A stretch of DNA of 64,000 nt, from NCBI RefSeq assembly GCF_018977255.1, contig NW_024704742.1, positions 76,076,001 to 76,140,000 of the forward strand, given 5' to 3'. Source of the DNA: Callorhinchus milii (taxonomy: Eukaryota). The notes beneath the pieces were generated by a model. The model ran no database searches. It saw only the letters and a program-made list of their open reading frames with translations, and was not told where the DNA came from. The translations under genes and the position numbers were made by a program. This document shows positions 53,268 to 64,000 of this stretch, in pieces (positions within the stretch are counted from its first letter, which is position 1; the number at the start of each line of letters is the position of its first letter).

Positions 53268-53749
53268 CTGAAAATGAAAGATAAGCAGCATTGAGACACA
53301 ATTCCTGAACGTACTTGCGCTGTACCCGAAATTCACTATGTACACAAAAAGCAGTTTCGCATTTGCACGTCCCATGCAGGTATCTGACACCAAAATAAAG
53401 CTCCAAGCTGGTCAGCCAATGCCAGCAGTTACACAGGAATGTACAGGGCCATTGGGGTCCATCTGGCCAGCAGAGGTTGTTCACCACTGATGTGAGTGAG
53501 GATGCCTCTGTATATCTATCTACACATCCCATTTCCCTAGTCTCCACATTGCTTTAGGTTATAGCCTCAACTCCCTGCCTCCAACCCTCCGACTCCCAGA
53601 TAAACCAAGATACAGGCATCAGGTTCTGCAATGTAAGATGCGTGCACACATTTGTCCTTAAGGATGGATGTCAATGAATTCCTTGGTCTTTCTTTTGATT
53701 CACTGAACCTGGATTCGTCTTACAACCATTCCGCCTGGGCCATTCCTAC

Positions 53750-53913
53750 CTGAACAAAGAAGATAAAGTGCTTGAAGGAGGTATTTAAGTGGGCCTCTTC
53801 CTGCAGCTGGATCACAGAGTCAAAGTGTTGATGGTAAATGTGGGCGTACACACGAAACAGGCGTTTCAGGATCGTCTTCCCCACCGACATAAAATTCTTT
53901 GGGAAAGGAACAC
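53750..53913 (-). CDS. MOB1B: MOB1B exon 5 ([54 protein letters not shown])
   Basis: ccacag|GTGTT...GTTCAG|gtagga; 164 bp; contained in ORF 53720..53932. Confidence 0.96.
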
Positions 53914-54380
53914 CTGTGGAGAAAGCATACATAACCCGTCACCGCAATGCCCTCGTGGTAACAATATTTCACACACACTGTGAATCCCAACACATCATTG
54001 TGCGAGCAGGCGTGGAGGAAGACAAACGATTAGTTCTTTTTTTAGAAAGAATATATTTTCTCTTCCAATGATCCAACCCCCAACTCGGGGGCAAATCCTT
54101 GATTATCCAGTACCTTGGGACATTCCTCCCAATGTGAAAGCTGCTATATAAATGCAATTTGTTATTGTTATTTGTCTGTGTGTTCAGGTGGGCATTAGAG
54201 ATCCATGGCACTCTTGGGTACATCGCTATGTGCAAAATAGTTGTTGTGTTTGGCCTCAAAAGATACAGTCACTACAATATACAGCAAAGGGCTTTGAGAT
54301 GGCCTTCTGACATGAAAGGTGATATATTAATTGAAAGGATTATGATTTTGATATTGGAATGGTCTGATTTAAATGTGTAC

Positions 54381-54514
54381 CTATTTTGGAAGGAAAGAGA
54401 GCCTCATCATCCAGCTGATCTTGTACCCAGGTCATCAGGTAGTCAATGTACTTTGGTGCCGAACATTTGATGGGTTTCTTAATATTTGTTCCGTCAGCCC
54501 AGTGATACTCATAC
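54381..54514 (-). CDS. MOB1B: MOB1B exon 4 (YEYHWADGTNIKKPIKCSAPKYIDYLMTWVQDQLDDEALFPSKIG)
   Basis: atctag|GTATGAG...AAAATAG|gtacac; 134 bp; canonical MOB1 sequence. Confidence 0.95.
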
Positions 54515-55701
54515 CTAGATGAACAGCAAGAAAGAGAGAACCATTCCAGTCATACAAGACAACCAGTTAATCGTCACTACATACATTATCCAACTTTTAT
54601 ATTAACCTTCATATTCCAACACAATAAAACACAAAAATAATAAAAAAATAAATAAAATAAAAATAATTCTATTTCCAATAGGGCAAATTCTTTTTCACAT
54701 ATATCGATGGTTATAAGGACAGGGAGGTGGTGGAAGCAGAAAGTGTTGATTCATTCAGATGCAAATTAGAAGCAGAATAGGTTTATAAATAGCACTTTTC
54801 ACATCTTCGAGATGTCTCAAAGCGCTTTAAAGAATATACTGTAATAATAATAATAATCCTTGCATTTGATATAGCGCTTTTCACGTCGGGAGGACGTCCC
54901 AAAGCGCTTCACAGAACACACTGTAAAGTGAATTGACTGTATATTTGTGGGCAAACACGGCAGCCAATTGCGCACAACAGTGTCCCAAAAGGTTTCAAAG
55001 GGGAATCAGACAAACATCTGATAAGGAATAATATAAATTAAAATGGGGGGTGGGGGGAGAGGAGAAAAAAAGCAAGAGAGACAGACTGAACGAGAGAAGC
55101 AACACATAGACAATGGATCAAACAACCTCCTTCTGTACTGAAAAACTACGATTTTTGCACCAAGGTTCCCCATTCTCAAACCTCGGGGGAAAATAACAAG
55201 TGTAAATTAGAGCGTCAGAAGAAATGAAACCCCGCAGAATCACAGCGCATGCAGCAATCTGACAAGAGGTGAAAAGATAGTTTGCTGCCTCCTGCTCAGC
55301 GATGAAACATATGCAACTGAAATAGTCACTTTGCTGGCTGTCTCACACCCTGAAGTCAGTGCAAAAACAGAGTAAAACATTCAGACACCAGATACTGTTC
55401 AAGCTCAGATAAGCCAACATTCCCATTAAAGTAAACAGCTTGCTCTTGCAGATCGCTGGCACTTTGCTCAGTAAATCTCTGCTAAAAGTTTGTGCCACTG
55501 TTTGACTTGGGCAAAACGATAATTAATTTTGCATGGCCTACTCAACAGCAAATTGCATTTACATAGAGCTCTTCACACAAGATAGCCTCTTAGGGTGCTG
55601 CTCAGCAAACAGACCCTCAGATAGTGACAGGCATAGAAAATAGTTCAGTAAGAAAGCAGAGAACAGGCACTGAACTTGAAACTTTGAAACCTGTGACGCA
55701 C

Positions 55702-55795
55702 TTTGGCCCAGCTGACATGAGGGGGCAGCTCTCCTCAGTACAGAAGTCCGTTATTGTTCCATACAGCATGTTGATCTGGTTAAAGAAGTCCACAG
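55702..55795 (-). CDS. MOB1B: MOB1B exon 3 ([32 protein letters not shown])
   Basis: aaacag|CTGTGG...CCAAA|gtgcgt; 94 bp; phases fit exons 2 and 4. Confidence 0.95.
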
Positions 55796-55938
55796 CTGTT
55801 TAAAAACAAAACATACAAGTGGCTATATTAATATTAGTAGAAGGAGATTTCAAGTGCAGTTTTTTTTTAATTCTTAAAAGAACATATAGAAAACCGGCAT
55901 GTTTTTAAAAAGCAGCAACTTAAACATTTTTGGGGTAA

Positions 55939-56006
55939 CTGATGACCTGGGTACAAGATCAGCTGGATGATGAGGCTCTCTTTCCTTCCAAAATAGGTAC
56001 ACATTT
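55939..56006 (+). repeat. Inverted 68-bp perfect duplicate of MOB1B exon 4 3' half plus donor site
   Basis: Exact reverse complement of 54371-54438; explains the + strand ORF beginning MTWVQDQLDDEALFPSKIG. Confidence 0.97.
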
Positions 56007-57472
56007 CTTATTGTTGACAGTAATTATCCTTACATTTGGTATAACGTCTTCCACATTGGAGGATATCCCAAAGCGCTTCTCAGGATATACTGTGAATTGC
56101 AGTGACTGTGTGATTTGTAGGCAAACACCAATTTTGTGCATAACAATATCCCACAAACAGCCATGAAATGAATGACCAATTTTATTTGGGGATTGATGAT
56201 TTGTTTTCTTGCTTATCATCTACACTAGATAGTGATCCATATATATGTGGAATTCTCTGTCCGGTTTGAATACTCTTTAAGCATGGTGATGGGTTGTGTC
56301 AGACACCCGGCTGTCCAAATAAAATCCACACACCCAAACAGAAAGGAATTTACATTCTGCCCTTGTATCAAGTACAGGTAGAAATTCCACCCAAATCTTT
56401 CTATAGCATTTTAAGCCAGGCAGAATTTCACAAACAACAACAATTGCACTTATATAATGCCTTTCATGTCAGGAGTACATCCCAGGCCGCTTGACAATGA
56501 GGGATTTGCACCTGAGCTGTGGGTTGGGATCAGAGAGCAAGCGGGTATTGTCTTGGATGTCTGACAGACAATCCATCAGGACAGCAGAGGTCCTGGGGCG
56601 AAGGTGGAGGCAGAGAGATAAGAGTTGGGTGTTGCCCAACTCTTATATCCCCGAGCGAGAGCATGTAAATATTAAAAAGGAGCCCTTACAAAAGTAAATT
56701 ATTTTCTGTTTGGGCGTGTGGATTTTATTTGGTGCGAGGGTTAGAGGAGAAGCAATTGGTGGAATTATTTTAACAAGAAAAACATGATCAAAGTTAAGGC
56801 TAAATTCAACAATTAAGCAAATTCTGCACACACTTTGAAATCCTATGAAAATACCCCTTTGTAACATGCTCCGATATAGCACAGTCATGTCGTGGACCTG
56901 ACTGAAGTCAGTACACGTCTGGTTTACTACGCTCACTGGCGAGGAACTGGCCATGCACATGCAAGCAGTAAGTGATATCAGCAATGACCCGGACCACCGA
57001 GGCCGCCACAGTGAGCTGGCTCGATTCCGACATTCTCGATTCCAGCCAGTTCAGCTCCATGGAGATCCCGCTTACCTCTCCCCCAAAGAGGATAGACAGC
57101 ATTAAAATGTGGTGTCTCAGTTTATAGCCTCAAACCACTGCTTTATAACAGAGTCAACCTGTTGAGTACAACAATAACAACGTTCATTTATACAGCATCT
57201 TTCGCAATCGGGTTATGTCTTGGAGATTTTTATAAGACTGGGATTATACACCAAGTAAGAGAGAGGGAACCGAGGGAGGTGGCCCCAGAATCATTCAAAG
57301 AGTTAAGTTTTGAGGCAGGACAAAAAAACAGAAAGAGTGGGGGCCACTAAGAACAAGGTAGAATTTCTCTCCCAAAGAATCTGAAGTCAAAGAGACTGCT
57401 CAGATTGTACATGATAGAGACTGCACCAATTGTACACGATGAGCAGTTTTGAAAGACAAACTTAACCCTTAC

Positions 57473-57639
57473 TATTGACTGCGACCCATTCATTTAGATC
57501 TTCGCCATCGGGCAACATGACAGCCATTCGCAGATTGCCGCTGCCCAGTGTAGCTTCCGCATGCTTCAAGAGCTCATACTGATGGGACCCTTCCGGAATG
57601 TTCTTCTTTGGCTTAAACGTCTTCGATGAACGGCTTCCG
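57473..57639 (-). CDS. MOB1B: MOB1B exon 2 (GSRSSKTFKPKKNIPEGSHQYELLKHAEATLGSGNLRMAVMLPDGEDLNEWVAVN)
   Basis: Manual translation matches MOB1B-type residues (GSRSS, RMAVML, EWVAVN). 167 bp, donor A|gtaagg; expected acceptor reads ttgcAT instead of AG. Confidence 0.93.
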
Positions 57640-60600
57640 ATGCAAAAACAAGAAATGGCTGTAGTTTAAGAGCAGCAACGCAACACAGGCACACACTCAA
57701 GCTGTTACACATAACCTTCACTTTGAAGAGATAGAGATTCAAACTAATCCCCATATATACATCACTACTCCTATAGTCACCACTGCCTCGGTAGATCCCG
57801 CTACTCCCATAGGCTATTAGTCGATTGGAGAATCTCTTTTGGGGTAATAATCACTCCCAAAATAAATAATAAATGTGATAGCCAAATCCATGACTGCTTG
57901 TGGGACATTGTTGTGCGTAATTGGCTATCACATTTTGCCCTCAAAATATAGTCACTCCACTTTACAATATATTCTGTGAAGTGCTTTGAGATTTATCAAT
58001 GACGTGATAAAGCGCTAGTTCAAATACAAGGATTATTATTATTAGTTAACGCTATTATTAGACTCCCAAACTGTACATACACCACTGCCTGTGTATGTGC
58101 CGCCGTCTGCATACGCCTGTTAGATTGGCTCGTGTTACCTTCTCGGGCTCAGATCGGGTACATTTCTAGGCACTTTCTTTCAGTGTTAACTCAGCATGGG
58201 ATGCAAACAAAGTACTGTAGTCAAATAGGAAACCTTCAGATGACTCACACGTCCACCTGATCCATTCTGCTCAGTGAGAAATGGTATAAATGGCACAAGG
58301 TGGCAGAGTTAGTATTAGGATGGGGGTGGGTCAAGCAATAGCACACCACTATCTAGACAACGCTGGCACAAATCCCTTGATATGAAGAACACTTTTCACA
58401 AAGGAAAAAGGAATCCCCTTTCTCAGTCCATTTGAATGCAGCAACTGCAGATATCTGCTTCCCTGGCAGCTACAGTACCAGCTGTGACATGGAGACGCAG
58501 GTTCACTAACTCCATTTGTTTATTCACTCTGACAAACTGAAAGCCTGTATGCTCTATTCCCTCCCTCCAGCATTTCTATTGCTGTTTCTTAGAACAAATA
58601 AACTCACCCAACAAAAGCACTGTGTGTCAGCCTGGCTCAGTTAGCAGCACTCTTGCCTCCGAGTCAGAAGGTTGTGGGTACAAGCCCCCCATCAGCACTT
58701 TGAACTCACATAGTCTAGGCTGACACTCCAGCGCAGTGCTGTTGGAGGTGGCATTCTTCAGATGAGACATTCAAACGAAAGTCCCATCTGACTGTTCAAG
58801 TGGACATTCAAGATCCCACGGCAGTAGTCGAAAACATTTCTCCTGGTATCCTGGCCAATAATCCCCCAGATAAAGTTAGGCATTCACTGTATGGTTGTTT
58901 GTGGGACAGTGTTGCATGCAAATTAGAGTTCCCCTACAAAATACAATCACTACACCTTACATTAAATCTTGTGAAACACTTTGAGACATCCCTGCCAACA
59001 TGAAAGCTGCTGTATTCAATGTAAGGATGATTATTGTGGACCACACTGCTGAATGTAAATTGAAGAGGGATAAGATTCAGCAATGTCAGCCAGCCTCTCC
59101 TCCATTAAAACACCAGACATATTGATTCAGCAACAGGGTATCAGAAGGAGGCAAAAAGGGCCATTGTGAGTGTGCTGGCTCCCCCGTTGCAGTGATCTGC
59201 TCGAATACCATTCCCTCTGCTCTTTCCCGTACTTATCAAAATTAGTTTCCTCAAGTATCCATTCAATTCTCTTTTAAATGCTGTTATTGATTCAGTTTCG
59301 ACAGCCATTTGTGGTGAGGAATTCATTCCAGAGTCAAACAATGTAAAAAATTTCTTACAAGCATGCTCTTTGTGTTCTGGTAATAAACCCCACTTTAGAC
59401 CCTCTTAAAAACAATCCTTGCATGTGCACATTTGTGACTGACTTGCCGATTAGTGGAAATAGCCCTTCTCTATTTACTCTGTCAAAACCATACATTATTT
59501 TGAATCTATTTTATGTGGATCGATAAACCAGCAACGATCTTCCTGTTCCCAGGATCACAAGTCCATCAGATCTATGGCTGTACACTGCCTAAGGGAATTG
59601 GGGACTGACTGCACAATCTGGGCATAATAATAATAACCTTTGCATTTGATATAGTGTCTTATTACATCATCAAGACGTCTCAAAGCACTTCACAGAATAT
59701 ACTGTGAAGTGACTTCACTATATAGTTTGTGGGCAAAACGCTGTAGCAAATTGCAAACAGCAGTGTCCCACAAACAGCCATGGATTGAGTGACCAAATTA
59801 TTCTTATTTATTTATTTGGAGGGATTATTACTTCTGGAAAGCAATCCAACAATTGACTAACAACAGGGTTTCTACTTACTACTAGATAAACAGAGGCCTG
59901 TAGAATAAAGAAACTTGCCTAACGTTTCAGCCTGCCCGGGAATCAAACCTGGGTCCTCTCGCTTGTGAGGTGAGTGCTCTAACCAATATGCTACAGGACT
60001 CCCACTTGTTCAATTCTCCACTGGTCCCACCCATGTTGATGGACTGCACCTGGTGGGGCTAGCATGCAATACTGGAGAAAAACATCAACTGAGAGTTTGT
60101 GTTGTGTGCGCACGTGTGGGGTCCTCTTGTGCACCATTATAACAATAATCCTTGCTTTTGATATAGTACCTACCTCTATAACCTCCTAACCCCTACCATC
60201 TTGTTCTCTCCCTCCGCTCAGCGGGCTCCGGCCTGCTTCACGTCCTCCGCCTCACTCGCCCCACTATTGGTGGGTGGGCCTTCCGCCACTCTGCCCCCAC
60301 CCTCTGGAACTCCATCCCGCAGTCCCTTTGTCTCGACCCCTCACTCGCCACCTCCAAGACCCATCTCTTAGACCCTCCTCTTCAATTGTGCTTTTGATCT
60401 CCCTGCTTCCCCCCTGCCCCACCCCAACTCCCAGCTCGGGTCCGTAACTCTGTCTGTCCAGTGCCTTGGGACGTCCTCCCGATATGGAAGGCGCTATACA
60501 AATGTAATTTTGTTGTTGCTGTAGTGACTTCCCACATCATGTAGATGTCTCAAAACCTGGAAAGTCATGTTCTCAAAAGGCATCCATAACCGGAGCCAGC

Positions 60601-61631
60601 AGCCAAAGACTGCAACTAAACAGCTGCAGTCCTTGGTAAGGAGAGCAAGGCTAGGCTTCCCTATCGCCCAAATTCAGGTCGCGGAAATTAATTTTAGCCC
60701 AGATCAGGACAGAAAGGAGAGGGACACACTGGAAGAAATTAATACATTTATCAGGAATAAGCAACAGGGCATCCCGGCAATCCCAGCCAATCAGTTTAGA
60801 GTCTTTTTGAATAATGCGATGCGATCTTTGTCTGTGTGGCCTTGATTCGACATCGCATCCGAAGGGTGGCACCTCCAGCAATGCAACACACCCCAGCTCA
60901 GGGCTGTCTCGGCTCAGACTATTGGAGTTCAAATCCCAACACAGGGCTTAAACTGACAACCATCTGACTCACAGGCACGATTGCAGCCAACTGAGCCAGG
61001 CTGACACCACCTGAGAGTGAACAGGATTGGGAAACCTGACTTGTTATCCCTCCTAACCCTGGGACACCAAAACCAATCAGCATTATGAGGGCAATGTATA
61101 AACACAAGTTATTGTTTTTGTAGCACCCAAACTGCTGTCCTGGCAGAAATCACCTAATTCAGCACAAACGGTGTATGCTGTGTAGCACATTTCCAGGCAG
61201 GTTCAATTTTTAAACCACCCTCCGTCCCCCATGCAACAGAAAAAATGCTTTGAAAACAACAGCAAATACAATACAAATACAATTGATGGGAGTTTAAGTA
61301 TGCTTGAAAGCCTTCCTGACTGTCCACTGGGCCAGAAATTCCCCTGATGTTAGACTTAAACTTCTCAACAATCCAGACAGTGCAGAATTTTGGCAAATTA
61401 TTCAATCCAGATTTAAATTTGGGAACCTGTTTTCTGTAGGTCTTAAAAGTACCTGGGGAAAACCAGGAGAGGGAATGAGAATTCAACAATTGAACCGAAT
61501 AACCAGGGCTCACACTTTTGAGTACAGAGCCATCGTTTCACATTGTTTCTAGCAAAAGAGCACTGATATACCACCTTATGTCGTTGAGACGTCTCAATAC
61601 GCTTCACAGAATATACTGTAAAATTAATTTG

Positions 61632-62190
61632 GTAGGGCGGGTCGGGCGGGAGACAAGGAGCAGACCGGAGCCCGCTGAACAGAGAAAGCGGGCAGGTTGG
61701 TAGGGAGTCAGCAGGTCAGAGAGGCAGGAGGAGGCAAGGCCGTGGATGGCCTTGAAAGTGAGGACGAGGATCTTGAATTCGATCCTCTGAGAGTTGGGGA
61801 GCGAGTGGAGTCGAGCGAGGGTGGGAGTGATGGGGTTACGGAGCCTGGTGCGCAAGAGTACACGAGCTGCAGAGTTTTGGATGACCTGCAGCTTGTGAAG
61901 GGAGGAGTTGAGAAGGCCGATGAGGAGACAATTTCCATAATCGAGCCTTGAGGTGACGAATGCGTGGGTGAGGGTTTCGGCAGCCTGAGGGGTGAGGCAG
62001 TGGTGGAGTCTGGCAATGTTGCGGAGGTGGTGGTAGGCAGTGCCGGTCATGGCGCGGATGTGGGGGAAAAAGGACAGTTCAGGGTCAAACAAGACACCCA
62101 GGTTCCTGACTGGCTTAGTGAGGTTGAGTGTGCAGCCATGGAAGCTGATGCTGACAGCGCCCGAGACGTTCAGAAGAGGGAGAGGGAGAC
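61632..62190 (-). mobile_element. L2 LINE fragment
   Basis: ORF 61604..62356 contains VRNLGVLFDPELSF, HAFVTSRLDYGN, KLQVIQNSAARVL, RIEFKILVLTFKAIHGLA. Confidence 0.9.
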
Positions 62191-62623
62191 AACTGTCCAA
62201 AAAAAGCCACAGATTTACAGATGCATCATACGTTAAAGACATTGAGACATCAAATCGAGGTCTTGTCTGCATGTTCAGGTGGAAGTTAAAGATCTCGTGG
62301 CACTTTTCGAAAAGAGAATGGAGTTTCTCCTGGTGTCCTGGCCAAAAGTCCTCCAAATAAAATTGGTTGTGAGAAGATTATTATTATTAGGATTATTATT
62401 CTACAAATTCTCACTGGTACGGAGAACAAACATTGGGATTGAATCCCACTTCAAAATGAAGCAGAGGTGCAGTGGGTTATTTTTTACTTAAAGCTTTCTT
62501 AATTGCATTAACCTAATCCCTACTTGCAGTAATTGAAAAAAATAGCTATTTAGATATTTTAACTCCTTTTAACAACAAGCAGTGACCCTCGTTCCTGCAG
62601 CCTTTATTCCGCAGGCACACAGA

Positions 62624-62706
62624 TGGCATGTAATATTGAGCCAGTGGTTCATGGCCTGGCTAATATGCAGCCACAACATGAACAATTGGTCCAATATTAC
62701 GTGCCA
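62624..62706 (+). other. 83-nt hairpin (pre-miRNA-like or MITE remnant)
   Basis: 30-bp stem with 25 Watson-Crick pairs, 3 G-U and 2 mismatches when read on the + strand. Confidence 0.5.
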
Positions 62707-64000
62707 AGGGTTGTCAGCCAGGAGGCTGCGATGGACAACCACAACCTACCCAAATGCTATCACTCGTGTCTCTGGAATAGCAAGCATCTGCGTATCATGA
62801 GCTTGTTCCCTCCTCTCCCCTATAAACAGTAAGCAGCCCTTAAAATACATGCAAGGGCACGTCTCAGATTTTCAGCTGTTGAATTGCAGCATATTTGGAT
62901 AGATAATTATTTAGGGAGGACAAGTTTGCAGGGCTATGGGGAGAGAGCGATTGATTTGGGCAGCTCTTTTCAAAGATCCGGCACAGACCCAATGGGCCGA
63001 GTGACCTCCTTCTGTGTTGTATAATTCTATGATTCTATATTTGTAATAGGGAAACAGGCTCCAGTTTAAAATGAATTGAGTCTGTAAAAGGAAATTCAAG
63101 TTTGTTCAGACTGTTTAAGTAAAGCAGAAAAACACTTCCACTTCAGAAAATGCATCCAAAGCTGCAGAGTGAAACAGCTTTAAACAATCCTGGAACGTGC
63201 TATAAACTCTTCTATAAATCAGTTTGTGAACGATGCTCTGCACCACTTACTGCGGCTTAGTGTGGGCAAATTAAGGACTATTTTCATTGTACCCTTCAAT
63301 GATGTTTAAACTGATGCAGGGCAAGAGACTGGGGTGAAAACATTACAAGTCAAACCTTCACCACCATTTTAACGACACTGTTATCCAGAGGCAAAGAAAG
63401 TTACAGTACCCAGAAACAGCCTTAAGATAATTGAAAAAAGGATACAACGTGACAGGCTGCTGAGTGAATATCACCAATAATTCGGAAGGGGGAAACCAGG
63501 GTGACAGATCGTTTAGGTGTTGTTGGTCAAACATGAATAGGATAGATTGATAAGAGGGTTATTGATCCGTCAGGAAGTTATCACTCTTTTTGGGAGAGGG
63601 AGATCGCTCCCTTGGCGGGTCACTCTCCATCAGCGGGCTATCGATCAGTGAGGGTTATTAATGATAATAATAATCCTTTCATTTGATGTGGCACCTTTCA
63701 CGTCATAAGGCCTCTCAAAACCCTTTGTAGCATTTACTGCAAAGTGTAGCGACTCTGTATTTCGAGGGTAGATACGGCAGCTACTTTGCACATAAGCAAC
63801 GTACCCACAAACTGTCATGGAGTGAGTAACCCAATTTTATTTGGGGGATTGTTAACCAGGACACCAGGAGAAACTCCCTTCCTTTTTTGAATAGTGCCAC
63901 GGGATCTTTAACATCCACCTGAACACACAGCTGTGACCTCGGATTAACATCTCACCCGAAGGATGGCACCTCCGACAATGCATCGCACCCCCAGCACTGG

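Noticed and set aside
55942..56166. Plus-strand ORF starting MTWVQDQLDDEALFPSKIG as a second MOB1 gene or inverted true exon
   Set aside because: The complete exon 4 is present at 54514-54381; this is only a 68-bp inverted partial copy running into a SINE.
61604..62356. 250-aa ORF as a host gene
   Set aside because: Chance fusion of SINE sequence and an L2 RT fragment.

Overview
Vertebrate, repeat-rich genomic DNA. The repeat content (Deu-domain and tRNA-head SINEs with L2-type tails, L2/CR1 LINE fragments, palindromic Penelope-like repeats) suggests a cartilaginous fish, possibly a chimaera; this is inference. Two genes lie on the minus strand. MOB1B coding exons 2-6 are at 57639-53190, and exon 1 was not found (probably beyond the right edge). 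SLC4A4/NBCe1-B has a candidate non-coding exon 1 at ~20.5-20.8 kb and its first coding exon at 2275-2202. Between them, where DCK sits in the human MOB1B-DCK-SLC4A4 block, only one recognisable 116-bp DCK exon remains (45022-44907), carrying an in-frame TAA and missed by the ORF track: an apparent DCK pseudogene. Other highlights are a perfect 68-bp inverted copy of the MOB1B exon 4 3' half plus splice donor inside intron 2, an AT instead of AG at the MOB1B exon 2 acceptor, a hammerhead-ribozyme core in a palindromic repeat, a pre-miRNA-like hairpin at 62624-62706, and a TATA box with an in-frame N-terminal extension upstream of the SLC4A4 first coding exon. Homology calls are from memory of the human proteins, and repeat boundaries are approximate.
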